DNA from: Octopus sinensis
Taxonomy: Eukaryota
Length of the DNA: 64,000 nucleotides
NCBI RefSeq assembly: GCF_006345805.1
Contig: NC_043025.1
Location: 16,430,001 to 16,494,000, forward strand
Direction of reading: 5' to 3'
In this document: positions 1 to 64,000 of the stretch, in pieces
Layout: each line of letters opens with the position of its first letter
How positions within the stretch are numbered: position 1 is the stretch's first letter
Notes under the pieces: generated by a model
What the model was told of the DNA's origin: nothing
The model's database searches: none
The model's input: the letters and a program-made list of their open reading frames with translations, nothing else
Translations under genes and position numbers: made by a program

Positions 1-1337
1 GGTTAACAGAATGGAATCATGGACTGGTGCAGGTGTCAATGACATGGGCAAAAGACCTCTGGTCTTTAGCCACAAATTCTCTTCCTGAACTCCCACAAAG
101 TACTGTTTGTTGACCATCTGGCTAGAGGGAAACCAGTGGATGTAGATGATGCTGACAGGCTTCTTTCAGTTTCCATCTATCAAAATCCACTCACAAGGCT
201 TTGGATGCCATGCAGTGGGACTGAATCCAAAACAATTTGGTTGGGAAGATTTAAAAAAAAAAAAAAGTACCAGGACTGATTCATTCAACTAAAAACTCTT
301 CAAGGTGGTGCCCCAGCATGGCCACAGCCAAATGACTGAAACAAATAAAAGAAATATATATACATAAGTGCAGGCATGACCATGAGGTAAGAAACTTGCT
401 CCCAACCAAACGGTTCTGGGTTCAGTCCCACTGTATAGTACTTTGGGCAAGAGTCTTCCACAATAGCCTTAGGCCGACCAAGGGCTTGTGAATGGATTTG
501 GTATATGGAACCTGAAAGAAGCCTGTCGTATGTGTGTGTATGTGTATTTTATATTCGTGTGGCATCGTCCGTTTTTCTGTCCCTGTTTCGTATACATTCG
601 GTCCTTCTTCCAAGAAATCTAATGCTCGTAGCTTAGTTTTTCCTTGGGGCTGGCCGGATCGGAGCGATCTCAAGATTAATCAGCCGAAATTGCTAGGATG
701 ATCCGGTTCTTGACTGAAGATTGAAGGCTTCGAATGTCCCGTCCGTGTTTTTTGTATCGTCTTCTAAATGTTTTACATTCTTGTCCCAGTTTGTATTTTT
801 CTACATATAATATATATATATATCGTTATCATTGATTAATGGCCGTTTTCCGTGATGGAATGGGTTGGACGGTCTGACTGAGGTCTGGAGAGCCAGTGGC
901 TGCACCAAGCTCCAATCTGATTTGGTTTTTACAGCTGGATGCCCTTCTTAATGCCAACCACTCCAGGAGTGTAGTGGGTGCCTTTTACGTGTCACCGGCA
1001 CGGGAGCCAATAAGGCGGGCCTGGCAACGATCACCTTTGGATGGTGCTTTTTACATGCTATATGTATTTATGTGTGTGTGTGTTTGTGTCCAAGTTTGTG
1101 CCCTCCTCATCATCATTTGACAACCGATGTTGGTGTGTTTACATCCCTGTAACTTAGCAGTTCAACAAAAGAGCCCGAGAGAATAAGTACCAGACTTAAC
1201 AAAGAATAAATGCTGGGGTCGATTTCTTCAACTAAAAGGCAGTGCTCCAGCATGGCCGCAGTCAAATGCCTGAAACAAATAAAAAGAACATATCCACATA
1301 TACATTGCAAAGCCCATGTGGAAGGAAGGGGTCATCA

Positions 1338-55424
<54,087 letters not shown>

Positions 55425-55920
55425 GTGTGTATGCCGGGTTGTGTGCTACCGGGAGGACGATCCGACAGCCTCTCTCTCTCTCTCTCTGTGATGTTCGTCG
55501 ATGTTTCACAGAAGAAGCCAGACTGTCCTTGAGTCTCAGATAACCATGACGGGTTGCGCTGCTCTCTCTGAGTGTGAGTGGAGCTCGAGTGAAGACATGT
55601 GTGTGTGTGCGTGCGTGCGTGCGTCGTGTAGAGCCAGACGTTGAATTAGCCGTTTGTGTCGGTGGTTGTTTCGTATTTCGAGGGAGACGAAAGAAAAAAA
55701 GTTAAAAGGAAAGTAAATAAGAATAAAAAAGTTCTGTGACGAGAGAAACATAAAAAAAGGAAAAACATAAATGAACAGGAGGGAAGAAATCAGCAGCAGT
55801 TAACGTTAATACATACATGCACAGGCGACGCGCGTGCGCACATACTAGCGTGCATAGCTCTCTCTCTCTCTCTACATATATATATGTGTATACGTACACG
55901 CGCGCGCGCATATTATTTAT
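55425..55920 (-). promoter_or_regulatory. Putative 5' UTR/promoter of AFG3L2 (CpG-rich patch)
   Basis: Local CpG enrichment directly upstream of the exon 1 ATG. TSS cannot be placed from sequence. Confidence 0.5.
55829..55840 (-). promoter_or_regulatory. NRF-1/Ewg consensus site TGCGCACGCGCG
   Basis: Exact match to YGCGCAYGCGCR, about 405 bp upstream of the ATG of a nuclear-encoded mitochondrial gene. Confidence 0.5.
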
Positions 55921-55931
55921 ATGTATATTGC

Positions 55932-55980
<49 letters not shown>

Positions 55981-56038
55981 GCATATATATATATATGCAT
56001 ATATATATATGTATATATACATACATATACATATACAT

Positions 56039-56094
<56 letters not shown>

Positions 56095-56135
56095 TATATA
56101 TGTGTGTGTGTGTATATATATATACATACACACAC

Positions 56136-56180
<45 letters not shown>

Positions 56181-56242
56181 AAAAGTTGATGAACAAACTA
56201 AATTTGTTTCTCCTTTTTCTAATTTGCATTATATGTATGTAT

Positions 56243-56279
<37 letters not shown>

Positions 56280-56784
56280 GTAGTGGTGATTTTATGTGTC
56301 GGTGGCACTAAAATCACCCACTACACACCTCGAGTGGTTGGCGTTAGGAAGGGCATCCAGCTGTAGAAACACTGCCAGATCTGACTGGCCTGGTGCAGCC
56401 TTCGGCTTGCCAGACCCCAGTTGAACCGTCCACCCATGCTAGCATGGAAAACGGACGCTAAATGATGATGATGATGATGATGATGATATGTATATATATA
56501 TAAAATATAACTAAATGCACCCTTTTAAAGCCTAGCCAGGCTCATGGGACTGGTTTCCCAGTTTCAATGGTGTATGTGTCTCCATCTGGATGGGATGTCA
56601 GTCCAGTGCAGTGTTACTCCTTTTTGCCAGTTGAGTGGACTGGAGCAAAGTGAAATGAAGTTTTTTACTCATGAACACAATGCGTTGCCCAGTCCAGGAA
56701 TCGAAACCACAATCTTACGATCATGATGCTGACACCCTAACCACTAAGCCACGCGCCTCCACACACAACATACACACATATATT

Positions 56785-56832
<48 letters not shown>

Positions 56833-56844
56833 TGTTTATAAGCC

Positions 56845-56878
<34 letters not shown>

Positions 56879-57119
56879 GGCTTATAAACACCTTCCACGC
56901 TGCATTGTTTTCGTTTCAGCACACGATCTCAGATCAATTACTTGCTATGTGAGTACATCTCTGTAATAAATATATATATATATAATATATATATATATAT
57001 ATTATATATATGTATATATATATGTGTGTGTGTATATATATATAAGATACAATATCCTGCATATCTCACATCTATTTTCATTCCTCTACTTCACTCTCTA
57101 TTTCATATTTTATCTGGAA

Positions 57120-57504
57120 CTAGCAGTATCGCCTGGCGTTGCTCAGGTTGTAAGGGAAATACTATAAGCATTTTTAGAGAGTTATAGCCATAAAATAGCA
57201 AAAAAATGGGAAAAAAATGGGAAAAAATGATGGTAATTTTTTTTTTTGATAGTTAAAAAGGTCGAGTTGCGTCCCCTAGACAGTCTGTGGTTTGTGTTTC
57301 TGATAGTCGACCCCATGTCGAATTTATCGATCTTTTTCAGAACTGGGGGAACTTTTCAAAATTTTCGCTGCGTTAGTTTTGAATTATGACATTGGGCTAT
57401 GGGTGTGTCAAGTTTCATCAGAATCGGTTGAAAGCCGTGGTCAGGGTGAGGGTACAACCTGACAGACACACAGACTGACAAACTGCCGTTTATATAGAGA
57501 GAGA
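57120..57504 (-). mobile_element. Non-autonomous Helitron
   Basis: On the minus strand: A|TC 5' end, hairpin then CTAG|T 3' end, and a (GACA)n tract near the 5' end. Confidence 0.7.
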
Positions 57505-57675
57505 TAACTATTGCTTAACCATCTTCTCACACCGTTTCCGATGAAAGGATAGATAAAATATCCCTGGAACAGCTGTAAGTCCTTCTCTTTATAAATGTTC
57601 TGAAATCTTTCACAGCCTTGGATTTCTATCTCATTCTGTTAATTTTTTGGTATATATATATACATACATATATAG

Positions 57676-60020
57676 GGAACTGTACCATGTAGCCAGAAGG
57701 GAGGTTGGGTGGCAGGTATACATAGCCAAGAGTGAAGCGGAGAAGAAGAAGTTTGCCAATCCAGAGACGTGAGGACCAAAGAACTGAGGTATTTCGGATT
57801 GCCAGACAGTGTGTGAGAGAAAATTGTGATGTCACAGGAGAGAAATGTGTTTGAATGGATAATGGTGCACTTGCTTTTAATGTTTCTGAAAAGAAAGAGG
57901 CTTGGAGAAGCCATTATGAAAGACTGCTGAATGTGGAGAATGAATGGGAGGAGGAGAGCCTGCCAAATGTTGACCCAGTAGAGGGACCAGCTATCCGAAT
58001 AGACAGATCCCTAATAGATAAAGCAATTAAGGGTATGAAGCCAGGAAAAACCCCCAGCCCATCAAGTATCACTGCTGAGATGCTTAAAACATTTGGTAGT
58101 GTGGGCTACAGCCTAGTCACCCGCATTGTAAACCAGGTAGTTCATAATGGAGTCATACCCAATGACTGGTGTAGCAGCACCATAGTCAACTGCTACAAGG
58201 GTAAGGGTGATGCTCTAGATAGGAATAACTACAAGGGTATCAAACTGCTGGATCAGGTGAGGAAGTTTCACAGAGAGAGTCATAACCCATCTCATTAGGG
58301 AGGAATTTGCTTAGATGAGATGCAGTTCGGTTTTGTGCTGGGTAGAAGCACCACTGATGCCATATTCCTGGTTCGACAACTGCAGGAGAAATACCTAGCT
58401 AAAGATAAACCCCTCTACATAGCTTTCGTTGACTTGGAGAAAGCCTTTGACAGGGTCCCCCGATCCCTTATCCGGTGGGCAATGCAGAAACTGGAGATTG
58501 ATGAATGGTTAATAAGGGCTGTACAGGCCCTATACAGAGAGGCCGTTAGCAAAGTTAGAATTGGCAACAAATATAGTGAAGAATTCCGGGTAGAAGTAGG
58601 GGTCCACCAAGGTTCAGCCTTCAGTCCCCTTTTATTCATCATAGTCTTCCAGGCAATAACAGAGGAATTCAAAATGGGTTGCCCCCTGGGAGTTCCTTTA
58701 TGCTGATGACTTAGCCCTCGAAGCAGAATCACCACTGAACTAGAGAAGAAATTTCGTGTGTGGAAGCTAGGTTTAGAATCAAAAGGCCTTAGAGTCATGT
58801 AGCAAAGACAAAGTTCTAGTAAGTAGGAAGGCAAACTCACCACACACACTCCTTCATGTAGGTGGCCCTGCTCGATCTGTAGAAAAGGTGTAGGTAGAAA
58901 CTCCATAAGATGTACCCAGTGTAAGCTATGGACACATAAGAGGTGCAGCAATATCAAAGGAAAATTAACCGAGAAGATAGCTTTCATGTGTGGCAGATGC
59001 ACAGGGGTAATAGACAACACAGATACTCAGAAAACAGATTCCATTACACTCCAGGGGAAGAAACTAGAAGTAGTTGATAGATTCTGCTACCTAAGTGACC
59101 AAGTTAGTAGTGGAGGTGGATGCTCAGAGAGTATCACCACTAGAATACGAATAGCCTGGGCAAAGTTCAGAAAGCTCCTACCCCTACTGGCAACAAAGGG
59201 TCTATCGTTCAGAGTGAAAGGTAGACTGTATGATGCATGTGTGCAAACTGCCCTGTTTCACGGTAGTGAAACATGGGCCGTGACTGCGGAGGTCATGCGG
59301 AGGCTTGAAAGAAATTAAGCTAGCATGATCCGCTGGATGTGTAATGTCAGTGTGCATGCACGACAGAGTGTAAGTCCCCTGAGAGAAATGTCGGGCATAA
59401 GAAGCATTGGATGCAGTGTGCAAGAGAGATGTTTGCGTTAGTATGGTCATGTACTGCGGATGGATGAGGAGAGATGTGTGAAGAAGTGATACTCCCAAAC
59501 TGTTGAAGGAATCCGGGGTAGAGGTAGACCCAGGAAGACATGGGATGAGGTGGTCAAGCATGACCTTCGTACGTTGAGCCTCACAAAGGCTATGACAAAA
59601 CCGAGACCCGACAAATGAAGTGAGTCCATGGCTTGCAGGACGGCCTGCTGTGCTAAACTTGGTTTGCAGGGTGACCTGCTATGCTTGAAGAGACCTATTG
59701 TGTCAAGTACATCAACATCAAAATAAAAATCAAATGGATATTGTAGTTGTGATACCCGTGCCAGTGGCACATTGGGCCTCACAGAGGAAATGACAAAGAC
59801 CGAGACCTCTGAGATATGTTGTGACTGTGAAGACCCAACAAATGAAGAGAGTTCATGGCTTGCAGGACGGCCTGCTGTGCTAACCTTGGATCGTAGAGTA
59901 ACTCGCTGTTCTTGAGGAGACCTATTGAGTCAAGTACATCAACACCAACATCAAAATGAAAATCAAATGGAAATTGTAATTAAGATACCTGTGCAGGTGG
60001 AACGTAAAAAGCACCGTCCG
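57676..60020 (+). mobile_element. RTE-clade LINE, about 2.3 kb, broken RT ORF, internal duplication near 59590-59900
   Basis: ORFs 57855-58298, 58320-58706 (QFGF, TTDAIF, DLEKAFD, VHQGS), YADD at about 58699, 58986-59318. Confidence 0.93.
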
Positions 60021-60195
60021 AACATTGTATACTGTCAACTTAACGTTAAGTTGACGGTTGCACCATTGCTTATATCTCTCTGAGATATTTAGAAATTTAA
60101 TATTTCTATTTTTGGTGATCAGTGAATTTACTTCACTGAAATTATATAGGTTTACAAGGTCTAGACAGGCATCTTCAGCTAGCAGGCCATGCTAC

Positions 60196-60237
60196 CCCAG
60201 ACTGATGACGAGCAAGACTCAGAAACTAGTCTCTGGG
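60196..60237 (+). ncRNA. Minimal type I hammerhead ribozyme motif
   Basis: cccaga-CTGATGA-c gag caaga ctc a-GAAA-ctag-TC|tctggg: perfect 6-bp stem I, palindromic ACTAGT stem III, GUC site. Confidence 0.72.
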
Positions 60238-60403
60238 TGCAGGCTTAGCTGGGTGGGGGTGCTTGTCTCCCCCTTGTAAACATAAGGACACAGGAAATTG
60301 TCAAGGCTGTCAGGAAGTGTTGATGCTTCCTGGGGCTAAATAGCAGTTGTATGATTCCCTTTATGAGACTGTCACACTAAGTTGACAGTATACAACTGCT
60401 ATA

Positions 60404-60476
<73 letters not shown>

Positions 60477-61245
60477 TCATCATCATCATTTAGCGTCTGC
60501 TTTCCATGCTAGCATGGGTTGGATGGGTCAACTGGGGTCTGTGAAGCCGGAAGGCTTCGTCAGGCCCAGTCAGATCTGGCAGTGTTTCTACGGCTGGATG
60601 CCCTTCCTAACGCCAACCACTCCGAGAGTGTAGTGGGTGTTTTTTACGTGCCACCTGCACAGGTGCCAGACAGAGCTGGCACAACGGCCACGAACGGATG
60701 GTGCTTTTACGTGCCACCGACACGGGGCCAGACAGAGCTGGCACAACGGCCACGAACGGATGGTGCTTTTACGTGCCACTGACACGGTTGCCAGACAGAG
60801 ATGTGTGTGTGTGTGTGTGTGTGTTTATATGTATGTTTATATATATAGATCAATCATTTTAAATGTCTTTGATTGAAAGATTCATGTTATTCATTTGAAG
60901 AAAACAGTTTTTTTTTTTAATGATATAATGTCTCATTAACCAATTTAAAAATTCATTAGAAATGGCCATAATGGATTGTCACTTATTTATTTTTAATTCA
61001 CCTCCTTCAGAACAAATCTCGTAGATGTTCTGAAGTATATTATGGCCTGTGTTACTAAATCAACTCTACATGTCTCAATAGTTCAGGATCAGTTTGTATA
61101 GTCAGTTGTGGCCAATTAGCTGCATACATTACCCAAATATCATTCTGCCAGTAATTCTATACCAAAACTGGTATATATCTAAAAGTTTCTGTGTGCCTCA
61201 AGTTTGTGTACCTTATTTAACAGAATCTTGTTATATTATATTTAT

Positions 61246-62440
61246 ATACAGGATGCAGTGAATAAATTGTCTAAATTACACATCATCATCATCATCATCA
61301 TTTAGCGTCCGTTTTCCATGCTAGCATGGGTTGGATGGTTTAACTGGGGTCTGTGAAGCCGGAAGGCTTCATCAGGCCCAATCAGATTTGGCAGTGTTTC
61401 TACGGCTGGATGCCCTTCCTAGCGCCAACCACTCCGCAAGTGTAGTGGGTGTTTTTTACGTGCCACCTGCACAGGTGCCAGACAGAGCTGGCACAACGGC
61501 CACGAACGGATGGTGCTTTTACGTGTCACCAGCACGGGGCCAGCTGAAGCTGGCAACAAACACGAGCGGATGGTGCTTTTACGTGTCACCAGCACGGGGC
61601 CAGCTGAGGCTGGCAACAAACACGAGCAGATGGTGCTTTTACATGCTTTTACAAAAATGAAAATAACTCTGACATCTCGTTTTAACAGATAGATTTACCA
61701 GAATTGCATAGAAATATCTTGAAATATTAAAGAGTAAATCTATTCAATAAAATTACCATTGGCTTCAACCATGGCCTCCAAATGACTTCAGAATCTCCTG
61801 CAACTCTTCCGAATGATCTCCTTGTTTTAAGTTGGTGAATGCTGCCATAATCTTTGCCTTCAGTTCATCTTTGGTGTTGCAAGGAGTTTTGTTGATCTCT
61901 CACTGAACTGCACCCTACTATAATAATCAAGGGGTTGCAGTCTGGGGAGTTAGGTGGCCAGATGTTAAGGGAGGTGTGGTTACAGAAATTGTCTGAGAGC
62001 CATGACTGGGTTCTCCTGCTTGCATAGCATGGTGCAGAGCCCTGTTGCCAGACATAGGGTCCAGCAGCCACCCTCTTGACTCAGAGCAGCACTACCTCCT
62101 CCAGGCACTTGCTGTAGGCCTCCATGTTGAGTCTGAGGCTGTGTGGGAAGATGAATGGAGGCATAACATTGCCATCAATAGGGATCACTCCAAACTCCTT
62201 TGCACTCACCATTAGACTCATCCAACTCTTTCAGAATCCTCTGCACTGTCCCCAGATTTGACACCCAAACACTCTGGAATGTTCATATTGGGGCTTCTGG
62301 CGTGAATACCAAACAGTGCAGTATGTCGTTTCCAAGTTTCTGGCAGAGTGAATTGCATCATAGTGCTGTTTTCCTCACAGACGGTGCCCAACTGACCCTA
62401 CTATACTGTGTAGTCAACAAAACCAAAAACAAACAATGTG
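61246..62440 (-). mobile_element. Second internally deleted DD37D transposon, with a nested RTE tail at 61281-61650
   Basis: ORF 61865-62071 GPYVWQQGSAP...WPPNSPDCNPL; homologous to 39057-39935. Confidence 0.75.
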
Positions 62441-62844
62441 CATACTCAAAATTAAAAATATAAAATGGCACTAATTTACTCATTACTAATTTACTTGTAT
62501 ACATATGTGTATATATTTGAAAGCCACTTCAGTCATGACACAGACCATAGGATTGCACCTAGAAGGTTACCCTCTCAGGCACAAGTCCGGGCAAGGTTGG
62601 TTTATACCGGTCTCCCTTCTCCACACCACCAGTGTTATCCAAGGGAAAGGCAAAGGGGCCAATATAGCTTGGCACCTGTGACGTCACAACTCATTTCTAC
62701 AGCTGAGTAAAATTGGAGCAATGTGAAATAAAGTGTCTTGCTCAAGTACACAATACACAGCCCAGTCCGGGAATCGAACTCACAACCTCACGATCATAAG
62801 CTTGATGCTCTAACCACTGAGCCATGCGCCTTCATATATGTATG

Positions 62845-63185
<341 letters not shown>

Positions 63186-63193
63186 CATATATA

Positions 63194-63224
<31 letters not shown>

Positions 63225-63268
63225 ATACAAGTAATGAGAGAGAGTCACTCTATGCTAAAAGTAGACCC

Positions 63269-63299
<31 letters not shown>

Positions 63300-64000
63300 A
63301 TATAAATTTGATAAGATTATATATGTATATATAGTTGTATTTTGGGATGGTAATTTATTTATTTTTTGCCAAATAAACACATGCATTATATATTCCTTCT
63401 TCACTTGTTTATATTTTAACTTATTTATATTTATATTTTAACTTCATATTTTAACTTATGTCCGTTGTTCGGAAATATTTCGTCACACATCTGTGACCTC
63501 TTCAGCGACCCTTTCCCTCCTCATGCGTGCTCCTGTTCTACTTAGTCCATTCTGTTCTTCGACAATGTGAATCCTTATATGCACATGTGTTTGCATCTGT
63601 ATTTGTATGTGTATATGTGTGTTTGTATGCATGTGTGCATGTGTGTATGTGGTTGTGGCTCTTAGTAGCACCACGACCCTCCCCTCATCCCCTTCCGCTC
63701 CCCTATTGCCCCTACTGCTGAGTGAACTGTAGCAACATGAAATAAAGTGTCTTGCTCAAGAACACAACACACAGCCCGGTCCAGGAATCGAACTCACAAC
63801 CTCACAACTGTGAACCTGATGCTCTAACCACTGAGCTTTGTGCCTTCACATTTTACTCTAAAACCTAAGTATTTTGAGTAACTAGCATTGCTCTGCCTAA
63901 GATCATCATCATCGTCATCATTGTCATCGTTTAACGTCTCCTTTCCATGCTGGCATGGGTTGGGTGGTTTGACTGAGGGCTGGAAAGCCATTAAGACTGC

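Noticed and set aside
560-800. Penelope-terminal-repeat-like segment with ctgaaga...cgaat
   Set aside because: Core and stems do not fit a hammerhead, and the family could not be assigned from sequence alone.
55536-55600. Possible uORFs upstream of the AFG3L2 ATG
   Set aside because: TSS unknown, so they cannot be placed in the transcript.
57538-57577. ccgatga-aggata..tatcc-ggaa-cagctg-TA hammerhead relic
   Set aside because: Two core substitutions (CCGAUGA, GGAA) and no stem I; at most a dead relic.
60058-60279. 73-aa plus-strand ORF as a possible exon of a neighbouring gene
   Set aside because: No homology recognised; the region is better explained by the hammerhead-bearing repeat.

Overview
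Eukaryotic, AT-rich, microsatellite- and transposon-dense genomic DNA. The repeat families and (TA)n/(CAT)n/(AAT)n load suggest an octopus or other cephalopod (inference, not database-checked). One protein-coding gene is supported: AFG3L2 (mitochondrial m-AAA protease, FtsH family) on the minus strand. I reconstructed 14 GT-AG exons by hand from ATG 55424 down to 1353 (1761 nt, 587 codons, phases consistent throughout). They encode a presequence-like N-terminus, two TM segments, the AAA domain and the HEAGH zinc motif; the remaining exons lie left of the window. Introns and the upstream region are filled with RTE, CR1, HERO-like and BovB-like LINE fragments, several tRNA-derived SINE families, DD37D/mariner, piggyBac-type and Helitron-type elements, a 5S rRNA pseudogene and tandem arrays. 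The most notable unexplained structure is a set of minimal type I hammerhead-ribozyme motifs from at least four unrelated sequence families. Two sit in near-perfect fold-back palindromes, and one lies in a 618-bp tandem duplication in the sense of the pre-mRNA. Also notable: a partial copy of AFG3L2 exon 9 differing only at synonymous sites, a GLPGTGKT Walker A variant, and a perfect NRF-1 site upstream of the gene. All alignments and folds were done by eye; repeat boundaries are approximate.
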